Shown: positions 52,669 through 60,789 of the stretch, in pieces | Position numbering within the stretch: the first letter of the stretch is position 1 | Layout: every line of letters begins with the position of its first letter | NCBI GenBank assembly: GCA_937900255.1 | Contig: CALCDZ010000004.1 | Span: 100,413-164,412, forward strand | Direction: 5' to 3' | Source: an uncultured bacterium | GTDB taxonomy: Bacteria; Patescibacteriota; Patescibacteriia; SG8-24; DYFX01 | Length of the DNA stretch: 64,000 nt | Position numbers and translations under genes: made by a program | The notes under the pieces: generated by a model | The model's input: only the letters and a program-made list of their open reading frames with translations | The model's database searches: none | Told to the model about the DNA's origin: nothing

Positions 52669-54762
52669 TCAGAGAAGATTGGCGCCGCCGAGGGCGAGCG
52701 TGAAGACGTCGTTGGTCATGGCCAGGATCTCGTTGCGTCCGTCGCCGTCGACGTCGCCGACCGAGACGCGCACGCCGCCGCGCTTCTTGCCGTCGAAGGC
52801 GAAGAACTGGCTCTTGAGCTGCCCGTAGCGGTTCATCACGCGCACCTGCGGGCCGCCTCCGAATCCGGGGCCCGTCACGATCTCCTGCGCGCCGTCGCCG
52901 TCGAGGTCTCCGACCGCCACCGAGACGCCGCCGCGGAACTTCTGGTCATAGGCGAAGAACTGCCATTTGACGGCCTTGGCCGTGCCGAAGACCCGCACGT
53001 GCGGGCCGCCGCCGGGGCCGGCGCCGGTCACGAGGTCCGGCGATGCGTCGCCATCGAGGTCGCCGATGCCGACGCTCACGCCGCCGCGGAAATTCTGCCC
53101 GTAGGCAAGGAAGGCGTCGGTCAGGGGGTTCAGGCTTTCATCATACATCCTTACGTAGGGGAACGCTCCCGGTCCGGCACCGACCGCGATGTACGTGCGC
53201 CCGCCGGCGTGGCCGAGCCCGATCGTCAGGCTCTTGGCCCAGTCTTCCCCGAACGGGGCGGCGCTGCGGATGACTTGGCCTTGGGCATCGCGCACTTCCA
53301 GGCGGTTGCCGTTCACGGCGACCGTCACGTCTTCGGAGGCGCCGTCCGGACGGAACGTCGCCAGGTCGACGCCGCCTTTGCGCTTGTCGTCATACGCGAA
53401 GAAGCCGGTGCGATGCGTCTCGCCGGTGCCGGAGAGGATGCGCATGAACGCGCCGTTCTTATAGGAAGCGCCGCGTACCTGTTCGAGCGGCCGCAGCAGG
53501 ATCAGTCCGTCCTTGGCCGGGATCGTCACGGTGCTGGCGATGCCGCCGTCGTTCACCGCGTGGTCTTGCGCGCCATTCAGCCGCTCGAAGTCGCCGTCCA
53601 AGTCTACCGACTGCGGCTGGTCGCCCGAATTGACCAGCACGGTGCCGTGCTGGAAGTCCCTGCGCCAGACGCCGGGTTTCACCGGCGTCGTGGACCCGGT
53701 CAGGTTCCGTGCCGCTCCGACGGGCGCGCCGAGGTACGCGCCGTACTCGTCGTACATCCAGGTCTGGCCATGGTCCTGGTCGCCGAAGTCGAACTGGAAG
53801 AATCCGTCGCCCATCAAGGTCGATGCCAGGCCGAAGCGCATCTTCCGGAAGTCGTTGCGGCTGCCGGTGTTTCCCGTGTTGCTGTTGATGATGAAAAGGG
53901 GAGGATAGCCGACCTGCTTCTGGAGCTTCAGGTAGTTGCCCATGACGGTCGACCAGCTGCCGTCATACTCCCAAGGCGTCGGGAAGGTCTCGAACATGCG
54001 GCCGTTCACGTACGGCTGCAGGTCCGGGTCGGAATCGCCGTTGGTCACGATCACGGCATCGGGTCCGACCAGGTCGCGCGTGGTCTTCAAAAGGCGGATC
54101 ATGCCGTCCTTCCAGAGCCGGTCGGCCGTGGCGGCGTCATCGCGCTGGCCGTCGTTGTTCACGTCGACGTTGCCGCCGTTCAGCCAGGAGATGGTCGCCG
54201 AAGTCTCGTCGTAAAAGATGCCGTCCCAGTCGCCGGAGGACATCAGGTCTTCCTTCACGAAATGGGGGAGCGCTTCGTTCCATCCGCTCGCCACGTTGAA
54301 GGAGAGGGTGCCGGGCCAGACCGAAAGGATCTGCCCGCCGGGCTGCCGCAGGCGCTCGCCGTCGTTCGTGCGCGCCAGGAGCCGCGGATGCAGCGTGTCC
54401 ATCCTGTTGTCGCTCCAGATCTGCGCGTAGCTCTTGGTCGGCACGTACGCCAGGATGACGATGTTCGGGTTCAGCTGCCGGAGCGTCGGGAAGATGTCGG
54501 GATTGAAGACTTGCGCCTCGGCCGGCAACACCAACACGTCGTACTTCGCCAGCGAGGCGTAGTCGGAGGAGGGGAGCGTGATGCCCGCCTTCATGTAGTT
54601 GTTGGAGAGCCGCACGAACCGGTCCGAAGGCGTACGTGCCGCGCTCGCGGCGTTCGGCACGGCGAAACTCACGACCGAAGCGATCGCGAGGCCGAGGGTG
54701 GCGGTTTTCAGGCGGGCGTCAGGCATGGCAATCGCTCGCTTTTTAACGAGGGACTCTAGCAC
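52669..54762 (-). CDS. Secreted protein: N-terminal TIM-barrel-like putative glycoside-hydrolase/polysaccharide-processing domain plus C-terminal FG-GAP/VCBS repeats
   Basis: Signal peptide. Four GDLDGDGxxEIVTGxGPGGGPxVRV repeats (FG-GAP). 4 nt from the upstream gene. Confidence 0.6.
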   Translation of the reverse strand: MLESLVKKRAIAMPDARLKTATLGLAIASVVSFAVPNAASAARTPSDRFVRLSNNYMKAGITLPSSDYASLAKYDVLVLPAEAQVFNPDIFPTLRQLNPNIVILAYVPTKSYAQIWSDNRMDTLHPRLLARTNDGERLRQPGGQILSVWPGTLSFNVASGWNEALPHFVKEDLMSSGDWDGIFYDETSATISWLNGGNVDVNNDGQRDDAATADRLWKDGMIRLLKTTRDLVGPDAVIVTNGDSDPDLQPYVNGRMFETFPTPWEYDGSWSTVMGNYLKLQKQVGYPPLFIINSNTGNTGSRNDFRKMRFGLASTLMGDGFFQFDFGDQDHGQTWMYDEYGAYLGAPVGAARNLTGSTTPVKPGVWRRDFQHGTVLVNSGDQPQSVDLDGDFERLNGAQDHAVNDGGIASTVTIPAKDGLILLRPLEQVRGASYKNGAFMRILSGTGETHRTGFFAYDDKRKGGVDLATFRPDGASEDVTVAVNGNRLEVRDAQGQVIRSAAPFGEDWAKSLTIGLGHAGGRTYIAVGAGPGAFPYVRMYDESLNPLTDAFLAYGQNFRGGVSVGIGDLDGDASPDLVTGAGPGGGPHVRVFGTAKAVKWQFFAYDQKFRGGVSVAVGDLDGDGAQEIVTGPGFGGGPQVRVMNRYGQLKSQFFAFDGKKRGGVRVSVGDVDGDGRNEILAMTNDVFTLALGGANLL

Positions 54763-54764
54763 GT

Positions 54765-55070
54765 TCAGGCCGCTTTGTCAATCTCCGGCTTCTTCTCGAA
54801 CACCTTCGGGTTCGGGCTGAAGAGTTTGTTCCGGATCTTCCACTGTTCGACGAACTGGCCGATGCCGGTCGTGGCCAGCTTGTTGCGGACGGTCGGCCGG
54901 ACCTGGGACCACTTCACGAGGCTCTCGAAGTTCAGCTTGTACCTCCCGCGCACGACTACGTAGGCGATCTCCCCGTCGGTGATGGCTCGGCGGATGGTGC
55001 GGGTGGAGATACCGAAAAGCTTGGCGGCCTCAGAAACGGAAACGCGGATGATGTGTTTTGGGGATTCCAT
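54765..55070 (-). CDS. Helix-turn-helix DNA-binding protein (excisionase/MerR-like HTH)
   Basis: VSEAAKLFGISTRTIRRAITDGEIAYVVVRGRYKLNFESL HTH. Confidence 0.6.
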   Translation of the reverse strand: MESPKHIIRVSVSEAAKLFGISTRTIRRAITDGEIAYVVVRGRYKLNFESLVKWSQVRPTVRNKLATTGIGQFVEQWKIRNKLFSPNPKVFEKKPEIDKAA

Positions 55071-55078
55071 GAATGTGG

Positions 55079-55110
55079 CTTATTTGTCTACTCCAGTGTA
55101 GACAAATAAG
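55079..55110. promoter_or_regulatory. Perfect 13-bp inverted repeat CTTATTTGTCTAC-N6-GTAGACAAATAAG (candidate operator)
   Basis: AT-rich palindrome 9 bp upstream of the HTH gene start, in the divergent intergenic region shared with the ECF sigma gene. Confidence 0.5.
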
Positions 55111-55240
55111 AGATTTTATGCAAGGGGATACGCTTAATCGCTGTTTGGGCGTGGCTCCATGATTTAAGGCTGATTAAGCTCAGTTTCACTGATTGACGCA
55201 CGCCGCTTGCTGTGGTAACCTGCTCCCGATCAGGCGGACT

Positions 55241-55268
55241 GTAACGCTATTCCGATCCCGCCGTCTAA
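55241..55268 (+). promoter_or_regulatory. Candidate ECF-type promoter TGTAAC-N16-CGTCTAA upstream of the ECF sigma gene
   Basis: -35 TGTAAC and -10 CGTC match the ECF sigma (sigX/sigW-like) consensus. Ends 5 nt before the ATG at 55273. Confidence 0.35.
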
Positions 55269-55272
55269 AGGC

Positions 55273-55878
55273 ATGAGCAACCCACTGCACGACAAGCTCC
55301 TCCTCTATCGGGTGCGCGCGAAAAAAGATCCGGAAGCGTTCGGGAAGATCTACGACCTCTACGCAAGCCGGATTTATCGTTTCGTGTACTTCAAGGTCTC
55401 TTCCATCGAAGAGGCGCAGGACATCACCGCCGATGTCTTCCTGAAGGCCTGGTCCCATCTCATCGACGAGAAGGGGCAGCAGGTCCGCCACCTGAGCGCG
55501 TTCCTCTATGGCATGGCCCGCAATCGCGTCATCGACTATTACCGGTCGATGTCGCGCGAAGCGCTGCCGCTTTCCGAGGGCGCCGAGGAGACGATCGCAG
55601 ACGCACGGATGGAGCACCTCAAGAACGAGGCCAAGATCGACACGGAGCTGCTCGAGAAGCACCTCCGCTCGCTCAAGGACGACTACCGCGAAGTGCTCGT
55701 CATGAAATATCTCGACGAGCTCGAAACATCCGAGATCGCCAAGATCCTGGGCAAGACCCAGGGCAACGTGCGGGTCCTCCTGCACCGCGCCCTCGAGGCT
55801 GTCAGGGAACTGGTGCCTTCGGAAACCTCCCACCATGAAACTCCCGATCGAAGGACAACTGAAAGCGCTCAAGACTGA
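55273..55878 (+). CDS. RNA polymerase sigma-70 factor, ECF subfamily
   Basis: Region 2 (YRFVYFKV...DITADVFLKAW) and region 4 HTH (SEIAKILGKTQGNVRVLLHRA). Confidence 0.9.
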   Translation: MSNPLHDKLLLYRVRAKKDPEAFGKIYDLYASRIYRFVYFKVSSIEEAQDITADVFLKAWSHLIDEKGQQVRHLSAFLYGMARNRVIDYYRSMSREALPLSEGAEETIADARMEHLKNEAKIDTELLEKHLRSLKDDYREVLVMKYLDELETSEIAKILGKTQGNVRVLLHRALEAVRELVPSETSHHETPDRRTTESAQD

Positions 55879-56875
55879 ACGTGCGGGCGGAAGCCCGGAC
55901 GCGCGTTGGCTTGCGTCCACGAGGGAGACTTTGATGATGCAGATCGGCAACACGGTCAGCGCCCAGCCGCACCGGACCGGCGCGCGCGCGTTCGCCAAAA
56001 ACCTTTCCATCTTCTTCCCCAAAAATTTCGGAGCCGCCCTGGCGGTCCCCCTGGCTGCGCTTCTTCTCATGGTCGGAGCGGGCGCTTCATCCACAGCCGT
56101 CGTGGCGGCCGCGCATGATACGCTTCCCGGCGACGTCCTTTATGAGGTGAAGCTCGCCGCCGAGTCCGTCAGCCTGATGACCGTCTCCAAGGAAGTCCGT
56201 ACCGAACGCCGCATCGAGATCGCCGGGCGTCGTCTCGACGAGATGGCCCGCCTCTCTGCCGGAGCCGATGCCGAGAAGGACGCCAAGATCGCGCGTATCG
56301 CCGCGCTGTTCTCGAACGAGATGACCGCCGTCCGCAAGGACCTGTCAGACTTGCAGCAGGGGAAGGACACGGAAGCGTCCGTCAGGATCGCCATGCGGAT
56401 CGAATCCCGCGCGGACGGATACCAGTCCGTCTTCCAGAACGGCTTGCTGATCGGACGCCCGACCCTGCGCATGGCGCTCCTCAACCTCGACGAGGTTTCG
56501 GTCAAGGCGCTCGAGATCCTGGTCGAGAAACGGAGTCTCGCTTCCAACGTCTTACCGGAAGCGCAGCTCACCTCGGCCGTCACCAAGAAGATCGACACCT
56601 TCGCCGCGCACGTGGCGGTGGCCGAAGACCGGCTGCCTCCCGACGGCATGGTCTCCCAGAGCGCGCTCCTCACCAACAAGGCCCGCGCCGCCGTGGAAGA
56701 AGCCAAGGAGCTGCTCTCGCGCGGCGACTTCCGGGCCGCGGTCCGGAAAGTCGGCGAAGGCACCGACCTGGTCACCCAGGCCGAGAACGCCGACAAGCAG
56801 CCCGTTCCCGCCCCGAGCGCTTCGGCGACCGGCACGCGGGACCAGAGCGCGACTGATACCAAACCGTCCCCGTAA
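55835..56875 (+). CDS. Membrane protein downstream of the ECF sigma gene (putative anti-sigma/DUF5667-like). Start uncertain.
   Basis: One TM helix (AALAVPLAALLLMVGAGA) then a long helical extracytoplasmic domain. Overlaps the sigma gene 3' end. Confidence 0.5.
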   Translation: MKLPIEGQLKALKTERAGGSPDARWLASTRETLMMQIGNTVSAQPHRTGARAFAKNLSIFFPKNFGAALAVPLAALLLMVGAGASSTAVVAAAHDTLPGDVLYEVKLAAESVSLMTVSKEVRTERRIEIAGRRLDEMARLSAGADAEKDAKIARIAALFSNEMTAVRKDLSDLQQGKDTEASVRIAMRIESRADGYQSVFQNGLLIGRPTLRMALLNLDEVSVKALEILVEKRSLASNVLPEAQLTSAVTKKIDTFAAHVAVAEDRLPPDGMVSQSALLTNKARAAVEEAKELLSRGDFRAAVRKVGEGTDLVTQAENADKQPVPAPSASATGTRDQSATDTKPSP

Positions 56876-57057
56876 CGTATAGGCATTAAATAATCCACCG
56901 GCCGGAACTCCTGGGTCGAAACCTTCACCTCATATGAAATGGGGCGAAGGCTCCGATCCAGGAGGCATGACCCGTTCACGCGGGGAGGCACCGGACGGGC
57001 CCGTACAGGGCAAACACGGCAATCCTTAAACGTCGAGGCCGAAAGGCCGGACTGCCA

Positions 57058-57063
57058 CTATAA
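57058..57063 (+). promoter_or_regulatory. Perfect TATAAT -10 hexamer 26 nt upstream of the large surface-protein gene
   Basis: CACTATAATCTTGAAGAAAGGATCC...ATG with SD GAAAGGA. No convincing -35. Confidence 0.3.
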
Positions 57064-57088
57064 TCTTGAAGAAAGGATCCATTACCTT

Positions 57089-60000
57089 ATGACCGATGTC
57101 CTCAAAATGAGCCGCAAGGCTCTGACGATGGGCGTCGTCCTCACGACCATGCTTTGGTCGATGATGGCGACCGTCCTCGTCGCTCCCATGAAGGCGAGCG
57201 CCGCCGGCTGCACGAGCGGTACTCTCATCAAGGGTTCTCTTCCCGCCGTCTACTACTGCGGCGCGGACCAGAAGCGCTACGTGTTCACGAACGACAAGGC
57301 GTACAAGACCTGGTACTCGGACTTCTCCGGCGTCACCAAGCTCTCGGACGCTGACCTCGCTTCCATCCAGATCGGCGGCAATGCCACCTATCGCCCGGGT
57401 GTGAAGATGGTCAAGATCGTGTCCGATCCGAAGGTGTACGTCATCGCCCACGGCGGTGTCCTGCGCCCGATCGCTTCCGAAGCGGTCGCCTCCTGCCTGT
57501 ACGGTTCCACCTGGAACAAGCAGATCGACGACATCGCTGACGCCTTCTTCACCAACTACTCGGTTGGTACGGCCGTCAACGCGTGCGCCGACTTCGACAA
57601 GAACGCCGAAATGAGCGGCTCCCAGAGCATCAACGCCGACAAGGGTCTCTCGACCACCACCGTCAGCGGTTCGCTCGTCGCCTCTCTCGCCACTGACAAC
57701 CCGGCTTCGGCCACGGTTCCGGGCGGCGCCCGCGGCGTCAGCATGCTCAAGTTCAACCTGCGCAACAACGGTGCCTCGTCGGCCACGGTCGACAACGTCA
57801 CCATCCACCGCGCGGGTCCGGGCTCGACGTCTGACATCTCCAACGTCTACCTGTACGAGGGTTCGACCCGTCTGACCACGGGCCGCTCCATCAACAGCTC
57901 GACGAACGATGCCAACTTCACCGGCCTCAACCTCGTCCTCGCCGCCGGCCAGACCCGCACCCTGTGGGTCGCCGTCGACGTCGCGACGGGCAGCGCCGGC
58001 AACGTCCATCAGATGCAGCTCACCCACGCCCTCTCCGGTACGGTGGAGGCCGCCGGTCAGCCGCTCATGGGCAACAACTTCACGCTCGCCGGCGCGTCGG
58101 TCGGTTCGCTGACCATCGCCAGGACCGGTTCCATCTCCAACCCGAAGCTGGGCGAGATGGGCGCGAAGGTCGCTGAGTTCACGATCGGTGCCGGTTCCAC
58201 GGAAGACGTCACGCTCAAGCGCTTGACGCTCTACCAGGCCGGTAACCTGAACGCTTCCAACATCAGCAACCTGACGCTCAAGCAGGCCGGTCTCACGCTC
58301 GCCACCGCTTCGGGTTTCGACTCCAAGCTGCACGCGACGTTCGACATGCCGGCCGGTTTCCTTCTCGCGAAGGGTCAGACCAAGACCTTCCAGGTCTACG
58401 CTGACATCGGCGGAACGGCTCGCGCCAACGACGATCTCAAGATCTACGTCGAGGAAGACGCTGACCTCTACGGTGTCGGCGCTACCTACGGCTACGGTGT
58501 GGGCGTCACTCGCAGCGCTTACAACGGTACGGACAGCACCGACGCCGACTCGCTCGCCTGCTCCACCAGCACCGACAACTGCTCGTACTCCCAGGTGGAG
58601 GCTGGCCAGGTCACGATCGGCTTCAGCGGTCCTTCTTCGAAGAACATCGCGACCAACGGCAAGGATGTGGAATTCTTCCACTTCACCATGGCCGCGAAGT
58701 CCAACGTCGAAGTCCGCAAGCTGGTCCTGAACATCGCTGCCAGCACCTCCGGTGTCGGCGCGGCCGGTCTCTTGACCACCAGCAACGTCGCCAACTACAC
58801 CGACATCAAGGTCACGAACGTCAAGACGGGCGCCACGTGGTGGGGTCCCAAGGACGTCACGGGCACGGATAACGCCGCGGCTGACCTCGCCCAGGACCTG
58901 ACCTACAACGACGTCTGGACGCTCCAGGCCGGTCAGACCTACGAGTTCAAGGTCACGGCTGATGTCGCTCAGAACGCCCATCCGAACGACAACATCACCT
59001 TCACCCTGAACGCCTTCGGTTCCAGCGACCTCCGCAACCTGGACAACAACACCTTCCTCGCGTCGACTGACGTCGTCCCGACGGGTGCCATCGCGGGTAA
59101 CCCGATGACGATCCAGGCCGCCGCCCTCACCGCTTCGCTCAGCGCGACCCCGGTCTCGCAGAGCTACGTCAAGGGCACGCAGGGCGTCGACTTCGTCGGC
59201 GTGAACCTCAAGGCTGGCGATGCGACGAACGTCACGGTCACGGAGGTCGACACCACCGGTGCGATCGACGAGGACGCGACGGGCGGTGCCGCAGCCGGCG
59301 TCCAGAACTCGGTGAACGTCAGCGATGACATCCTCACCTGCCGCCTCATGGACGGCGCGACCCAGGTCGGCCAGTCCAAGTCCCCGACCTCGACGACGGG
59401 CGTGATGAACTTCACGAACCTGAACGTCAGCGTCGCGGCCGGCACGACCAAGTCCCTCAAGGTCAACTGCGACATCTCCAACTCGGCCTTCCGCAACAGC
59501 GATGCCGAGAAGATCTCCTTCCGCGTCACGGGCGTCACCGCCCAGGATCCGGACGGCAGCAACATCAGCGCTTCCGGTCTCCCGGTCAACGGTTCGGACA
59601 CCACCGCGGTGACGATCACCAACACCGGCACCATGTCCTACGCGCTCGCTCCGGATGACACCGAGTCCGAAGCCGGTCTCGTGATCGCCGGACAGTCCGG
59701 CGTGGTCCTCGGCAAGATCCGCCTCACCGCGGCCAACGAGGAACTCAAGCAGACCAAGATGCGCGTCTCGCTCGTCACCACGGGCAACTACACCAACCTG
59801 ATCGCCATGTCGCTCTACGACGGCTCCACGTTGGTCGCCGGCCCGGTCCCGGTCGACAGCACGGGCAACGCTGACTTCTCCGGCATGAGCTTCGTCGTTC
59901 CGAAGGACGGTTCCAAGACCCTCACGGTCAAGGCCGACCTGAACACGATCTCCGGCGGCGCCACCTCCGGTGCCAACCTGAAGATCACGACGGATCTCTC

Positions 60001-60682
60001 CAGCCCGACCAGCGGCACCTTCGAGTACCGCGGTACCCAGTCCAGCACGGTGGCGACCACCATCAGCGCTACGGACGTCACGGGCAAGGACAAGATCCTC
60101 CGCAAGACCAAGCCGACGGTGAGCCTCGCCTCGCTGCCGACCTCGACCCTGTCGAACGGCACCCAGGTGATCTCCCGCTTCACGGTGACGGCTGACGCCG
60201 CTCAGCAGGTCTCCCTGAAGAACATCGGCTTCGAAGTCAACATGAACAACGTCGGCGGCACGGCTCTGGCTCTCACCAGCCCGGCCATCCGCGAAGTTGG
60301 TCAGGGCTCCGACATCTCGGCCACCACGACCTCGGCCATCCTGAACTGCACCGGTTCCGCAACCTGCCAGTTCACGGTCGCGTTCACCAACGAGCAGTCC
60401 GTTTCCGCCGGTACGTCCAAGACGTACGAGCTGCGCGCGACGGTTGCCGGTGCCGACACCTCGGGCGAATCGATCAGCACCAAGCTGCTCGGTGACGCTG
60501 CCGTCGATTCCGGTGCGCTCAGCGTGAGCGGTACCAAGGTCAACGGCACGGTCTACAACTTCATCTGGTCCGACAACTCGGCGATTCCGCACAACGATAC
60601 GGACGCTGGTTCGACCGACTGGACGAACGGCCGCTACGTGAAGGTCCTCCCGTCCGACGCCCAGACGATGACCCGCTCGTAA
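57089..60682 (+). CDS. Large secreted surface protein (1197 aa) with a conserved N-terminal domain and many Ig-like/beta repeats (S-layer/adhesin-like)
   Basis: Signal peptide. N-terminal domain GSLPAVYYCGADQKRYVFTNDKAYKTWYSDFSGV shared with the downstream paralog. Thr/Ser/Gly/Val/Asn-rich repeats. Confidence 0.7.
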   Translation: MTDVLKMSRKALTMGVVLTTMLWSMMATVLVAPMKASAAGCTSGTLIKGSLPAVYYCGADQKRYVFTNDKAYKTWYSDFSGVTKLSDADLASIQIGGNATYRPGVKMVKIVSDPKVYVIAHGGVLRPIASEAVASCLYGSTWNKQIDDIADAFFTNYSVGTAVNACADFDKNAEMSGSQSINADKGLSTTTVSGSLVASLATDNPASATVPGGARGVSMLKFNLRNNGASSATVDNVTIHRAGPGSTSDISNVYLYEGSTRLTTGRSINSSTNDANFTGLNLVLAAGQTRTLWVAVDVATGSAGNVHQMQLTHALSGTVEAAGQPLMGNNFTLAGASVGSLTIARTGSISNPKLGEMGAKVAEFTIGAGSTEDVTLKRLTLYQAGNLNASNISNLTLKQAGLTLATASGFDSKLHATFDMPAGFLLAKGQTKTFQVYADIGGTARANDDLKIYVEEDADLYGVGATYGYGVGVTRSAYNGTDSTDADSLACSTSTDNCSYSQVEAGQVTIGFSGPSSKNIATNGKDVEFFHFTMAAKSNVEVRKLVLNIAASTSGVGAAGLLTTSNVANYTDIKVTNVKTGATWWGPKDVTGTDNAAADLAQDLTYNDVWTLQAGQTYEFKVTADVAQNAHPNDNITFTLNAFGSSDLRNLDNNTFLASTDVVPTGAIAGNPMTIQAAALTASLSATPVSQSYVKGTQGVDFVGVNLKAGDATNVTVTEVDTTGAIDEDATGGAAAGVQNSVNVSDDILTCRLMDGATQVGQSKSPTSTTGVMNFTNLNVSVAAGTTKSLKVNCDISNSAFRNSDAEKISFRVTGVTAQDPDGSNISASGLPVNGSDTTAVTITNTGTMSYALAPDDTESEAGLVIAGQSGVVLGKIRLTAANEELKQTKMRVSLVTTGNYTNLIAMSLYDGSTLVAGPVPVDSTGNADFSGMSFVVPKDGSKTLTVKADLNTISGGATSGANLKITTDLSSPTSGTFEYRGTQSSTVATTISATDVTGKDKILRKTKPTVSLASLPTSTLSNGTQVISRFTVTADAAQQVSLKNIGFEVNMNNVGGTALALTSPAIREVGQGSDISATTTSAILNCTGSATCQFTVAFTNEQSVSAGTSKTYELRATVAGADTSGESISTKLLGDAAVDSGALSVSGTKVNGTVYNFIWSDNSAIPHNDTDAGSTDWTNGRYVKVLPSDAQTMTRS

Positions 60683-60722
60683 GAGCCGGTCTCGCCAGGG
60701 TCCGAACGCGGACTCGAACGGC

Positions 60723-60760
60723 AAACCCCCTCCGCAAGGAGGGGGTTTGTTTTTCGTTTT
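60723..60760 (+). terminator. Intrinsic terminator (AAACCCCCTCC-GCAA-GGAGGGGGTTT followed by GTTTTTCGTTTT)
   Basis: 11-bp perfect stem plus T-tract 40 nt after the stop. Confidence 0.65.
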
Positions 60761-60789
60761 ATGCTATCCTTTCAGATAGAAGATATCTT

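Noticed and set aside
52630-54759. 709-aa plus-strand ORF
   Set aside because: Antisense to the well-supported GH-like/FG-GAP gene (52669..54762 -). The translation has no hydrophobic core and is Ala/Arg/Val-rich.
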